DNA of 63,528 nt, the filler included, from Octopus bimaculoides (taxonomy: Eukaryota), in NCBI RefSeq assembly GCF_001194135.2. It is 3 parts of 3 records of this genome, joined end to end, with 100 filler letters (N's around TTAATTAATTAA, not from the genome) between each part and the next. Parts side by side here need not be neighbours in the genome. Positions count along the whole stretch, not along the records: positions 1 to 23,605 come from NC_068985.1; 2 more parts are not named here. One strand, written 5' to 3'. The position numbers and the translations under genes were made by a program. The notes beneath the pieces were generated by a model. That model saw only the letters and a list, made by a program, of their open reading frames with translations, was not told the origin of the DNA and did not search any database. This document shows, piece after piece, positions 1 to 13,098 of the stretch. Every line of letters begins with the position of its first letter. The stretch's first letter is position 1.

Positions 1-400
1 GATAAGCCAGCTGGAGGAGATGTCCTCCTGGGGCTAAAAGCAACAGTAACATCCACCCCTAGGGGTCAGCCACACTTAAGTGGCAATATACTACACTTTA
101 TCGTGCAGTTACTGTTAATACTTCATTTAGAGAATTAACATTGCTTGTTTTCACCTTTTCAATATCAGTGAAGAATTTCACTGGAAAAGAAGATATAAGG
201 TTTGCCAGGTTTTTGTCTCTCTCACCAAGGTCATCAGCTGTCGAACGCCGACGAAGGGAAATAACCCTGAAATCCGGATACATTCGTGCTGCTGATCGAG
301 GTGAGAGGGATAACTTCCCTTGGCAAACAGGACACAGTCGTGTGTCGATAAGCCAGCTAGAAGTTCTGTTGGTTAGAAGCAATAGGAAATGATGTTTCCG
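1..400 (+). mobile_element. Penelope pLTR-like/retrozyme-like repeat carrying a hammerhead; related to the 51891-52350 element
   Basis: Bases 1-90 resemble the right arm of 51891-52350 (ccagct.gag.agatgtcctc...aagtggc). GATAAGCCAGCT occurs at both 1 and 348. Confidence 0.5.
242..286 (+). ncRNA. Minimal type I hammerhead ribozyme motif, degenerate (U4C)
   Basis: cgaacg-CCGACGA-aggg(aaataa)ccct-GAAA-t-ccgg-AUA-cattcg. Stem I 5/6, stem II 4 bp, palindromic stem III. Confidence 0.65.
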
Positions 401-2699
401 TAGTTTGGAATCTACACGTACTTAACAGTATGACTTGTAGAGGAAATGTTTTGTGTATTTATGTGTGTGTGTGTGTGTGTTATTGATGTCATAATAAATT
501 TATGTTGCAATAGATGTATGCCTTGCATTGTTTATATAATGCTATTAAAAGGTTACATACTTGTATACAACATATGCCATGCATAGTGATGTATATGCAT
601 ACATTAACTTTATGTGAGTAAGTTAATGATGATGGTGATGATTGTGTGTGCATGAATGTATCTGCATGTTTTATGCATGAATGTGTGTGCGCGAGTTAGC
701 ACGTTTATAATATACTTAAAAATAAAGTTCATAATGAATGAAATTGATGTCTATAAAGAATGAATATGCTAAATGGCAGCTCTGAATCCCAACAGATTCA
801 GTTCAGAGGCAACAACTGTTTATTTCACCAAGTAACTTGACTTTAAGAAGTCAATACTAACAAAGTACTTGGTAGTTCAAATGAAAAACAAGGGGAGGCG
901 ACACAACTACTAAATTGAAGATAATTTAATAATAGATGCAAAATCAGCTTTTCACAAACACTAATACGATTTAAGATATTTTCAAATTGACAGCATAATA
1001 TCATTAGTAGAACATGGCATTGAAATAATCGACATTAGTAACAAAGTTTGAGAAATGCAAGCATTCTTTTAACTGAAAGTTAAAAGAAACCTCTTGAATG
1101 TACACTTTACAAATAGTAAACAAACCATTTAGAATTGAGGTTTCTTGTCATTTTTCTACAAAGTTATGATAATTAAACAAATTTCCATTAAAGACAATTG
1201 CACTTATTCGACACTCATTGGGAAATTTTTATTTTGCATATTATACAATGACTGATGCAGAAATATAATCTCTCTTTAGTACTGTATGTGCAAGTGCAGT
1301 AATCTACCCACAGTTTATCCATTAAAAACTCATACAAAATAAAACGGGGATTTTAGTGTCATCAAAGCTGCTACAGTTAAAACACAAGAAGTGTTAAATA
1401 TATATGTTACTTCATTGACTTATTACTTACAAACAACCAAACTGAGGATAAACAAAGTTTGGGGATTAAAAGTTCAGCAGTTGAATGATTAAGTTGTTGG
1501 ACAAACTCCTGAGCCATTGATTCAAAGTGAGAGAGATCCCACTCCAAGACTAAATAAGTAGCATTAAACATCTTGTTGAAGAAACACATAAATGTTTACA
1601 TTAGCAGGCTTCATTCAACTCCACACACAATGACAGAGTATTTTGTAGTTGTTTAATAATTCAGTTTCTCTCTAAGTTAAAAAATACTTGTAATTTGTAA
1701 TGATTTTATGAAAAACATATTCAGGAATGATTGAAGAACACCCACTCAAGTTAAGAATCGGATTAACTTATATATTTCAGCTGCAAGAGTTGACTTTCCT
1801 AAGAACTTAAGAGCAGAAGTTAAACTACTTAACAATGAATTCATTATGGACAATCATAATAAATCATCTGCTTTAACATAACAATCAATTCCTAATTTCA
1901 ACATCTGTTTGTTGGTTCATGCTGTTATATTTTGGATAGAAACAGAAAACATAAAAGCATATGGCTCTATTTCACCTACACAATATTGTCCATTGAAAGA
2001 CCTAAACTAATTATATATGTATTTTCCAACCATATCCTTCACTTCTTCTGCCTCTGCAATATGGATTACAAATCCATAGCAGCAACATATTCAAAGACAG
2101 TATGAAGAGAAAAACTGAAAGTGAGATAATTGTTTCAAATAGTTGTTCTACTTGTGTAGTTGCACTAAATATCAGGAGTGCAAGCACATACGGTAAAGAA
2201 AGACCTGAAGTTATTTGAAAGCTTTTTCAGCTGTGAAATTACAATCAGCATATAAAACATTCTAACATTAACTTAAATAAACAGGAAAATGACTTGGTAT
2301 CTTCTTACAAGCACGTTTTGGAGGTTATTGTCTTCGCTTCAAAGAAAATACACCCTTTATTTCAAGTTAACCAGAGAATTAATTTAAATCTGAATTTATA
2401 TCACTACTCGTCCAACCCATGCTAGCATGGAAAGCGGACGTTAAACGATGATGATGATGATGATGACTGGTTAAGCTACTGCAACGTATATAGTGATTTA
2501 AGTTAAATGTTGAGTAATATTATTTTTTTGAAGATTTACTTAGAGAAAGAATGTTTGGACCTGGAGGAAATAATCAGAATATTTCAGTATCATCTGTACA
2601 CAGCAGTGATGAAAGTGACATCAAGATTTATCAATCCTGAGCAGGAGTGCAATGCTCACAGGATTGATCCCTTACATCAATGTTTTCATTTGTGATGTG

Positions 2700-3146
2700 G
2701 GTCCTAGAAAATCTTTGAACTTAGAAACAAAGATTGTTGAGTACTTTCAACATCTTTCTGAAAAAGATGTTTATCATGATGAAGGGATCACAAGGTATGC
2801 ACATCAATAAGGCAATGTCACCTTCACTACACCAATGAAGATGATGAAGACATTTCTCAGAATGCTTTTATTTATTCCAGCTGTACACATTGCAACTTAC
2901 ACATTTTGGAATACAAATTCAGCTCAAAAACAAGGAATTGGTGCCCAGGAATGGATGTCTTGTGTGAAAATATTTACATGTAATCAACTTTATCCTATTC
3001 AACCAACCTGGACAGGTAAAAGTGATATAACAACAAGTAAAAATCAACAACAGGTAAAAACCATATTCACAATATACATCAATAATCGTTGTATCACCCA
3101 GTTTCATCCAAATTCATGCAATAGTTATATTTTTATGGTTTTGTAA
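2700..3146 (+). pseudogene. Degenerate piggyBac (PGBD-type) transposase fragment
   Basis: One frame reads VEYFQHL...TRYAHQ*GNVTFTT..MKTFLRMLL...FWNT...MS...NNRCITQFHPN. This parallels the piggyBac motifs E.F..F...TN.YA...E.K.FLG..L....W...M....N.RC..F.P; there is an internal stop. Confidence 0.65.
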
Positions 3147-6100
3147 CCGGACTAACTACCCTTCTTCAAAATCTGCAGTTTCTAACATGACTAAGACATT
3201 TATATAGAGAATATGCACAGCAGGGCCAGGGTTAAAGTGTTGATTACTATACCGAAACTAGTCGGATACTAATTAACTTTGCTGCCTTCATAGGACTGAG
3301 TTCTTACACTCATACTGTTGCAAGAACTTCTTCAGTTGAATGGAAAGTATAAGTGAAAAAATAAACACAGACACATAGAAAGAAAGATAAATAGCTGAAC
3401 AAGTAGACAGTAAAAAGAGAGGATGGGGTCCGATAAATTGTTAATACAGCCAGAAAAAAAAAAACTGATCCTTTGTCCATCAGAGATAATTTAGATATGC
3501 AAGTTCTAAGATGTCTTGGGAGGATGAATTGACTTATAAAGGAGCCAAGCAATAAAATCTACTGACTAATTAGACTTTAATATTCATAACATCAGACAGA
3601 TAATGGGAACAGGCAATTAAAAACAAACCACAATTATCCAATAACTGACTAAAAAAATAAAAAGTATAAAAGTTTATTCTAAATCATTTTTCTAAACTTT
3701 ACTACCACCACCACCACCACTTCCACCACCCCCCACACACACACAGATTACACAGAGTCATAACAGAGTTACTTCACAGACATTACAAAAATTCCTGACG
3801 CACAACACTATACAAATTAAAATCACACCACACACATACATACACACCATGCACACACAATATTACACACACTTCCACTAGTAACTTTATTCAAATACAG
3901 TTAGGTCCATAAACATAGCGTTACATTGGTAGATTTATCCAATTTAAAGTTTCGCAATTTCATATAGTTATATTTCATTTTGGTAATTCACTAAGACAAT
4001 TTTTACAATGAAATCTCAAGTAAAGATGGAATGATAGAACTATATTGTTGATCTGACACAGATAAGAGACTGAAATAGTTAAAATGTAAATTTAAGATGT
4101 TATTAAACAGAGAGTTTTAATCAAAACCATACATTGTCAGGACATAAATTCGGTGGACAGCTACTCAAAATATAAGCAGCAAACTTTACCAATATGAAGA
4201 TGGACCAATGAATTTGCCTCAACACAACGCTAGACATGCTAGAAATATCAACAAAATCTCCCTCGAATCATTACCATCTTACCTTTAAGATTGGATTGAA
4301 TTGAATTCAGATTAAATGCACACGAGACATCATCATCATAAAGTATAGCTCACTTTCACTGTTGCACTTTATTCACCATTTGTTGCCTCAAACCATTTTT
4401 CCAGTTCAATTCACTAAATATTACCCATTTAGGTATTCAAGACAAAGCCAGAACACAAGTAAACGACAAGTACGAAGAGTAGGAGATGCTTTGGCAGAGC
4501 CATTCTGGCACCGCTTACTTGGCATATGTTTTGTCTTCAGGACCTTTCAGCATGGTAGAAATTTTGTTTTTATTCTTACTGGCAATTAAGCTGTAATCAC
4601 AACTGCTAGACTACTAAACTTTATTTAGCTTAGTGTTTCAATTTATGTATATGATGGTTGGAGAAATATTAATAGCACAGGGAGAAGAAAAATTTTCTTA
4701 CAATGGATTTCTATATATCTTTGACAAAGTAAACAGAACTGACAGTCAATTTAAATTTTGGCACCATGAGCAGAAAAATAGAGAGGGGACATGTTTGTAG
4801 CAATTGGGGTCATTTAATACATTTAATCAATCTCTCTCTCCTATCTCATTCTCTCTCCCTCCCTGCATTTGTTTTTCTTTGTGTATGTGCGCGCACGCAC
4901 ACACACACACACACACGCATGTACATGTGTTTGCTTCTTGGGCCAAAATGCACTGTCACCAAAACAAGTTCAATGTCCAATCAGCCATGCCGAAATGCCA
5001 GTATCCAAACAGCCACATGCAATTGTCCCATCCCAAACTACAAAATACTGTCGGATCTTGAACTTAAGAGATTTCAGACCTACTATTCATATCCCAAGGC
5101 GCCGCTGTTCCTCTCCGACCTGTGTATCTATACATTTCTTTAAAATCATTACACCAAAGAACAGTCGAGTTGCCTAGAATAATTTAGTAATTCTTAATTA
5201 TACATTCTGTGGGTACATACTTTTGCCAGAGAAAAAAAAATTGCAGAAGATTTTTTAACACAATTCTAAAAATTGAAGAAATCAGTGAATCTGTATACAT
5301 TTAGAGTGGGGGAAAAATCTACTGTTATTAATCAGCCAAAGAATGAGAAGTTGAAAGGTCATGTGGTTGTCATTTACAGATGGTGGATACTTAAAGATAT
5401 TCCAGTGTTTAAGACAGGAAATTGTTGAATATATTAATCTTGTTTTATCTATACAATATACATTGTAAAGTTTTCAACATTTATCAAAGACATTACAAAA
5501 TATTATATTTTTAGTCATGAAGAAAACCAAATATTTGATGAGCAACTCTACAAGTTACTTTATCAACAGTGTTGCAAGAACATTACTAAGTGCCACTATT
5601 CAACAAACAAAAACTATGGTAGCATAGAAATGTATAAATAAATAAGAGAAAGAAATCTGTCTTCTGTCAACATGAGAGCATTTCTTAAATAAAAAATCAA
5701 ATAAATGGAAGAAAATAGATAGATATATCACATAAAAACATTTTCTGGAGAAAAAAAATATATTGTGTATCAAAAGCTGGTTGTTTTGTAATATAATTTG
5801 CCATCTATGTAATTCATTTTCTGTATTTCTCTTTCTAAACATTTTTAGTACAAGCGTGAATGACTAATAATAGCTCACTCAATCATCCTGGTGTCCTGTC
5901 TGATCTAACAATGTTCAAATGAGGAACCCCAAACTAATGAAACATCAATTTTATTATCCCATAATGCTTCTACTATTCATACACATATTGATTATATGAA
6001 CTATCATAGCCAGGTGGGGTGGTAGGGGCGGTCCGCCTCGGGAGGCACTTTTGGGTCTGATGTAGGCAATGTGTTTTTTGTGGGGTCCGGGTGCAGCAAA

Positions 6101-6154
6101 CGGAAAGGCTGCCCCGGGCAGCACACCCTCTAGCTATGCTAGTGATTATATATA

Positions 6155-6557
6155 GGCACAGGAGTGGCTGTGTGGTGAGTAGCTTGCTTCCAAACCACAT
6201 GGTTCCCGGTTCAGTCCCTCTGCATGGCACCTTGGGCAAGTGTCTTCTGCTGTAGCCTCAGGCTGACCAAAGCATTGCAAGTGGATTTGGTAGACAGAAA
6301 CTGAAAGAAGCCCATCGTGTGTGTGTTTGTGTGTGTGTGTTTGTGTCTGTGTTTGTCCCCCCCACCCCACCCCTAACATCACTTGACAACCAATGCTGGT
6401 GTGTTTACATCCCCATAACTTGACAGCTCAGCAATAGAGACCGATACAATAAGTACTAGGCATACAAAAAATAAGTCCTGGGGTTGATTTGCTCGACTAA
6501 AGGCGGTGCTCCAGCATGGCCACAGTCAAATGACTGAAACAAACAAAAGAATGAAAG
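6155..6557 (+). mobile_element. tRNA-headed SINE family A (about 400 bp), full-length copy
   Basis: A-box-like TGGCTGTGTGG and B-box-like GGTTCAGTCCC, an internal (GT)n tract, and a 3' end ...gactgaaacaa(g)taaaaga. More than 10 copies occur in the window. Confidence 0.85.
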
Positions 6558-6559
6558 AA

Positions 6560-7355
6560 TATGCACATGGATGAGGACAGCCATGTAAAGAAGTGCCAAT
6601 TTCTAACTGTGGAGGGAACCTGTGGAAGAAGTAGACTCAGGAAGACATGGGATGAAGTGGTGAAATGTGACCATCGAACGTAGGGCCTCACAAAGGCATT
6701 GACTACTAACCAAGATCTCTGGCGATATGCTGTGCTTGAGAAGACCTGTCAAGCCAAGTGAAATCATAGTCATGGCTGATGCTGGTGTCACGTAACTGGC
6801 ACCCGTGCCTGTGGCACATAAAAAGCACCTTTCGAGCATTGGGCCTCATGGAGGCAATGACAAATGACTGAGACCTTTGGCAATAGGCCATACTTGAAAG
6901 GTAGCGAACTGGCAGAGTGGTTAGCACATCGGGCAAAATGCTTAGAGGTATTTCGTCTGTCTTTATGTTCTGAGTTCAAATTCTGCCAAGGTCGACTTTA
7001 CCTTTCATTCTTTTGGGGGTCAATAAATTAAGTACCAGTTGCATACTGGGGTCAATCTAATCAACTGGCCCTCTCCCCAAAAAGTTCAGGCCTTGTGCCT
7101 ACAGTAGAAAAGAAAAGAATATGCCATGCTTGAGTTGAAGACCTATCAAGCCAAGTGAAACTGTAGTCATGGCAGATACTGTGCCAGTGACACATAAAAG
7201 CACCCATTACACTCCTGGAGTGGTTGGCATTAGGAAGAGCATCCAGCTGTAGAAACCATGCTACAGACTGGAATCTGGTGCAGCCCCTCAGCTTCCCAGC
7301 CCTGGTCAAACCAGCCAACCCATACCAGCATGGAAAACGGACATTAAATGATGAT
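6560..7355 (+). mobile_element. RTE-clade LINE 3' end (ORF2 C-terminus plus 3' UTR with (GAT)n tail), interrupted by a family B SINE at about 6898-7115
   Basis: Translation MDEDSHVKKCQFLTVEGTCGRSRLRKTWDEVVK...DLWRYAVLEKTCQAK*. It ends ggacattaaatgatgat. Confidence 0.85.
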
Positions 7356-8125
7356 CATTAGAATAAAAGAAGCATATTATTGTTCTTTGCTCAAATTTCA
7401 CCAGAATCAAAGTTCTAATTATCCAATGAGTAAGTTGATCTGGGATTGTACATTGAAACTGAAGCATTTACAACATAGAAGAGCCATTTTAGCCATTTGC
7501 AGAACTCACAAAAACTTGAAATTCGTTTTTCGTTCATCCGTTGATGGGTTTAAAATTTTGTCACACAACTGGGATATGGTCACTGACACAGTTCCAGTCC
7601 ATATACAAAAAAAAAGAACAGTAAATTCGACAGTTTTGTGTGTTTTTAAATGGCTAAAATGTTTCTTCCATAACATAACTTCTTCTTATTTTTCTCCTTA
7701 AATTAGTTTCAAATTTTTGGCACAAGGCCTGCAATTTCAGAGAAGGGAGTTAAGTCAATCACATTGACCTCAGTACTCAGCAGGTACTTATTTTATCGAA
7801 CCCAAAAGAATGAAAACAAAGTCGAAAGCAAAGTCAACCACGACAGCATTTGAACTCAGACTGTAAGGTGACCTAAGAAATGTTGTTCAACATTTTGCTC
7901 AATGTGCTAAGAGTTGTATCAGCTTGCTGCCTTTTGCTTCTTCAATTACGGACATTTTCTCATGAGAATGACATTTTGGAAATGGTGAATACCAACACAT
8001 AATATAAACATTCAGTAAATCAAGCCTGATATTTAGATTGAAACACAAGTTGGAATCCTTACATTTGCTAATTACTACTTTGGTGAAAAAAAATTTACCT
8101 CTTTCATTGCTACATTTTCTGATGA

Positions 8126-8302
8126 GGCGCAGGAATGGCTGTGTGGTAAGTAGCTTGCTTACCAACCACATGGTTCCGGGTTCAGTCCCACTGCGTGGCA
8201 CCTTGGGCAAGTGTCTTCTACTGTAGCCTCAGGCCAACCAAAGCCTTGTGAATGGATTTGGTAGACAGAAACTGAAAGAAGCCTGTCATATATATGAATA
8301 TG

Positions 8303-8348
<46 letters not shown>

Positions 8349-8534
8349 TCCCCCCAACATTGCTTGACAACCGATACTGGTGTGTTTACATCCCCGTCAC
8401 TTAGTGGTTCAGCAAATAAGAACGATAATATAAGTACTAGGCTTACAAAGAATATGTCCTGGGGTCGATTTGCTCAACTAAAGGCGGTGCTCCAGCATGG
8501 CCACAGTCAAATGACTGAAACAAGTAAAAGAGTA
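8126..8534 (+). mobile_element. SINE family A copy
   Basis: Colinear with 6155-6557. Confidence 0.9.
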
Positions 8535-8548
8535 TGAGTATCTTCTAT

Positions 8549-8912
8549 TTTTTACTTGTGTCAGTCAGATTATGGCCATCCTGGGGCATTGCCTTGAAGA
8601 ATTTTTAGTCAAATGAATTGACCCCAGTACTAGTTGTTTTTAAAGCCTGCTACTTATTCTATCGGTCTCTTTTGCTGAGCTGTTAAGTTATGGGGATGTA
8701 AATGCACCAACACCAGTTGCCCAGCAGTGGTGGATCACACACACATGCACATACATACACGACCGGCTTCTCTCAGTTTCTACCTACAAGTCTACCTCAC
8801 AAGTCTTTGGTCAGCCCAAGAAGACACTTGCCCAAGGTATGACACAGTGGGACCAAACCCAGAACCATGTGGTTGGGAAACAAGCTTCCTACCACACTGC
8901 TATACCTGTGCC
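8549..8912 (-). mobile_element. SINE family A copy, older, tail-to-tail with the previous copy
   Basis: Reverse complement of the family A consensus, with the head at 8912. Confidence 0.8.
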
Positions 8913-8962
8913 TGAGTAGATAAGGTTTCTAATTCATTTTCAATGCAACCAAGATTGTTTAA

Positions 8963-9182
8963 CCCTTTAACAGTCAAGCCGGCCATATCCGGCACAAATA
9001 TTCTGCTGGTTTTAAGTTGAAACCAGTAAGATCAAGCCTCTCACACCTACCCTACAATGTCATTCTAAAAGTAAACAACCACATCATCGAAATCCCAAAG
9101 CTCTGAGATAATCTATGATTACTTCAAACCAATGTGAATGAATAAACATTACATTTGACAGAATGATGTGAATGTGAAAGGG
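8963..9182 (+). mobile_element. 220-bp piggyBac-type MITE (CCCTTT termini, TTAA flanks)
   Basis: TTAA|CCCTTT...AAAGGG|TTAA. Further copies lie at 47968-48187 (+) and 42954-43173 (-). Confidence 0.8.
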
Positions 9183-10057
9183 TTAAGGAGTTTTGCTAAA
9201 ATACCTACAAACTTTATATAATGGTTAATTCAACTCAATCAGCACTGATAAATAGTCAAAGACATCTCAGCCACAACAATACCATTACTCCTTTTCCTGA
9301 TATATTATTTATACAACAGCATTATTCTAAAGTGATTTTTCCTTCCAGCAATAGACAGAAAGAATATTTGACCATTATTTCTAGTAGGTGAAACAGTCAT
9401 GTAAAGCTACTCATGTTGCTTTTATAATATATTGGTAAAATATTCCAGCATTGACCAACATGGAATCTCACATTGTTCATGTCATGAGATTATGATCAAG
9501 ATTTTAATTTAAATATGAACGTGTTCAATCTTGAACAAGTCGCTATTAATATAATTAAACACTAAAATTTGTTTTTATCTCTCCTATAATACTAAAAATC
9601 AACATTATTAATAGTATCATTATTGTGATTAATGATTTCATCCTTTTGAGTATGATAACAAATGCACAGAAGCTAATTTAATGAGTCATTCCCCTCCCCT
9701 AGAAATTTAAAGCCCTGTGTTAATCTAAGAAATTATTATAGGATTTCATTATATTACTTTATTGCTGTAGCTTGCAGTGGTGTAGAGAGGAAGACAAGCT
9801 TAAAAAGTCAATTAAACATAAATTATACATAATAACTGAAGTGTACTAGGGACAAAAGCAGGAGTATTGCAAGGAATACTAATCTGTCCCCTTGTTATAA
9901 CTGAGGTTGAATGCCTAATTTGAAGAGGCAAAAAATTACAACTGCCACTGCCACCACCACAATCACCACTTCCTCTTCCTGCACCATTAGCATCACATTT
10001 TCAACAGATTCAGTCGGGTTTCTTATGCACCTCATTAACATTATTAGGATTAGAGAA

Positions 10058-10265
10058 GGTGACAAGCTGGCGGAATCGTTAGCATGCCAGGCGAAAGGTG
10101 CAGTGGAATTTCATCCGTCTTTTTTGTTCCGAGTTCAAATTCCACAGAGATCAACATTGCCCTTCAGGGTTCACGAAATAGGCTCCAGTTGAGCACTGGG
10201 ATCAGTGTAATCGACAGGGCTCCTGTTCCCCCAAAATTGCTCGCCTTGTGCAAAAGTTTGAAATC
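10058..10265 (+). mobile_element. SINE family B (about 210-230 bp; head ggcg/tgagctggcagaa...gagttcaaattcc)
   Basis: The same consensus occurs at about 6898, 13116, 13354, 37090, 45540 and 61369 (+), and at about 7715, 27230-27690, 28045 and 43178 (-). Confidence 0.8.
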
Positions 10266-10318
10266 CTTATAATCATTTTTACTATTATTATTAATATTGA
10301 TATTATTATCATTACTAA

Positions 10319-10500
10319 AAGCACCCACTACACTTTCTGAGTGGTTGGCGTTAGGAAGGGCATCCAGCTGTAGAAACTCTGCCAAATTTAGACTGGAGCC
10401 TGGTGTTGCCATCCGGTTTCACCACTCCTCAGTCAAATCGTCCAACCCATGCTAGCATGGAAAGCGGACGTTAAACGATGATGATGATGATGATGATGAT
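10319..10500 (+). mobile_element. 5'-truncated RTE 3' UTR copy with (GAT)n tail
   Basis: aagcacccactacact...ggaaagcggacgttaaacgatgatgat. Shorter ends of the same family lie at 2408-2465 and elsewhere. Confidence 0.85.
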
Positions 10501-10739
10501 TACTATTATTAGAAAATATCATCATCATTGTTGTTGTTGTTGTTGTTGTGGTGGTGGTGGTGGTGGCGGTGGTGGTGGTGCAAGAAGCTTCCAATACGAC
10601 AACAGTGATCAAGCAAACATACCACCACCACCACAACCCACTTGTATATTCCTGTGAAATCAATAACTTTAACTGCCATCACTGAAGTTGATATGGTGAA
10701 AGGTAGGTCAAAAGTTGCTGAAATGAGGACAAACAAGTG

Positions 10740-10985
10740 CATAGTGTGAACAAGAAATGCAAAATAGCCCTAGCCAAAATCCACACAAAAAGAAGGTAAA
10801 AATTCTTCTGGATAGGTAACAGGGATGAGGTGGGTGGAGTAGACATGCTCTGTTCACAGAAAAGGGATAGATAAGTTGAGAGAGAGTAATTCAACTTAGA
10901 CCAGTTCTTACACAACAGCAACATTTGCCTTGGCATATGCACCAGTCAAGGTTGACAATGAATAGGGCTGATTCTGTAGACAACT
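10740..10985 (+). mobile_element. RTE LINE APE-endonuclease remnant
   Basis: Reads KFFWIGNRDEVGGVDML...TATFALAYAP across frameshifts and stops. Confidence 0.6.
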
Positions 10986-11617
10986 TCTGTTGGTGAAGTT
11001 TTTATTTTAAAAATTTGTTCACTTTCACTGACTTTACCCACTCAAAATTATTATTATTATTTCTTTCTGGAGATGACCAAGCAACTACCACCCTACATTT
11101 TGACTGCAGAACAGAATTTTTTTATGTTTCATTCCATAAATCCTTTATTAAATATTTAAATTTGAAGAATGGAGCAACAGCAGTCAGAGATAATTTTTCT
11201 GCTACTCCACTTGCTTTATGTGTTGACAGCAGTTCGTTAACAGACTCGGTCATTAAACCTACTCCAATATTTCAATAAGAAATAATGGAATGCTCAGCCA
11301 CTGTCATCACAATTACAAACAACAATATCTCACAGCATTTGTTGCTGGTGATGTAACACAGGCGTCAGCTGTTCACAGCCAGTGGACTGAGGTGACATCT
11401 TCAATTGTCAAGCACTTCTCTCAATATTCTAGCAGTTCCAAGAAGTGTTATTTTCTGTAGGTACCCCACTTTTATGTTGCCCCAAGTTTTTATAATTATT
11501 ATTTGTTCTGTCTTTTTTTTCTTTTTACTGCTGTCTACTATGTATGTTTCCCTTCTTTGCGTTATTGCATACTATATATACTTTCTATATATATATCTAT
11601 ATAAAGTCTGTCATACC

Positions 11618-11657
11618 GGCCATGACGAAGGGAAATAACCGTGAAACTCGAGTCGCC
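11618..11657 (+). ncRNA. Minimal type I hammerhead ribozyme motif, degenerate
   Basis: ggc-C(a)UGACGA-aggg(aaataa)ccgt-GAAAC-tcga-GUC-gcc. It has the same stem II/loop as the 242-286 copy, with a 1-nt core insertion. Confidence 0.6.
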
Positions 11658-11897
11658 TTTATATATTTATATTTATATATTTGATCCTTTATATAGAACA
11701 CTCAATATTTCATCTACATTCAATACTTTCTTTCATGGTGCCATCCATTTTTATTTTATTTTATTTTATTTTATATATTGTATATTCCATATTCTATACC
11801 CCACATTGGTTCTGCAGGAATATAAATAAAACATAAAAAACAGACAGTGTTGGAACTCTTTTAAACAAAATAATATATATATATATATATATATATA

Positions 11898-12700
11898 TGA
11901 GATGATATCAAAACATTCCCAGACTAGTTCTGTAGCATGCCAACAGATGGCAGCACATGGGTGCATGTGTAGTGAGTCCTAGCAGTGACCTTCATGAGGC
12001 AGTGTGCCAAGTGACATTGTTGTGTTCACTTTGCAAGTTGTGAAATTTGTGTTCATGTAATTACATGTATGCTGTGGCTTGTGATTTTTATCATAGAGAG
12101 GAAGTTGGAATAAAGAGCCGACATTAAACTTGGGATGTCTGCTACAGAGACATTAAGCATGCTTTGGCAAGCTTACAGCGATGAGGCAATGGGTCATACA
12201 CAATGTTTCAAGTGGTACAGGCACTGCAAAAGTAGAAGAACGTCCCTGGAGGTGATGAGTGATCTGGAAGACCTACTACAAGCGTCACACCCAGAAATGT
12301 GGAGAAACTTTATCAGTTTGTGCATGAGTATCGTCGGAGGACAATCAACAACACTGCTGGTGTTGTTGTTGTGGTGTATGGGTCCAGTAACAATTAGAGT
12401 CTTCACAACAACAATGCGTCTGTCACCAAGCTCTCCTCACTCGTGAGTTTCACACCAAAGACAACATAGTATCGCTTCTGCACCCACCCCATTCACAAGA
12501 TTTAGCATCTGCAGACTTCTATCTCTCCCCCAAGATGAAAATGCAGCTCAAAGGTCACCATTTTAGCACTGTTGTTGCAATCAAGAGCAAATTGTAGAAG
12601 GTCCTTGACTCCCTCACGGAAAATGACTTCTAGGCCAGATTCCAAAAGTGGCAGGAATGCTGGGACCGGTGCATTGCTACGCAAGGTGACTATTTGTGAG
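11898..12700 (+). mobile_element. Internally deleted mariner (DD34D) transposon fossil
   Basis: TIR-like TA-TGAGATGATATCAAAACATTCCCAGACT. The N-terminus reads LGMSATETLSMLWQAYSDEAMGHTQCFKWY...SGRPTTS, and the C-terminus HPPHSQDLASADFYLSPKMKMQLKG...FQKWQECWDRCIATQGDY. Confidence 0.92.
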
Positions 12701-13064
12701 ATTGTGGGTTCAATTCCCAGACCAGGTGTTGCATTGTGTTCTTGAGCAAAGCACTTCATTTCACGTTGTTCTGCGATCATTTCAACCTCTGACATGTGGC
12801 ACCTAGTTGCACCTGAACAGTTAATGCCAATCTGATGGAGAGAGTGAGCTCATATCTACACAAACATTTGATCGCTATAAACGAATCATCTGTGTGGTTG
12901 TTCGGCAAGAAAACTGTCAAACTCTCATATGTCATCTAAAGACAGGAGGGTCCATCATCATATATATATATATATATACTTCCTTTTTTTGTCATTTCAT
13001 TATTTGTAGTATAATTCCCCTCATTTTTTGCCCAGGTGGCAAACAAAAAAATTCAATATTGTTG

Positions 13065-13098
<34 letters not shown>

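Noticed and set aside
2901-2958. Apparent minus-strand exon with GTAAGT donor
   Set aside because: It lies antisense to the piggyBac relic, which explains the sequence better.
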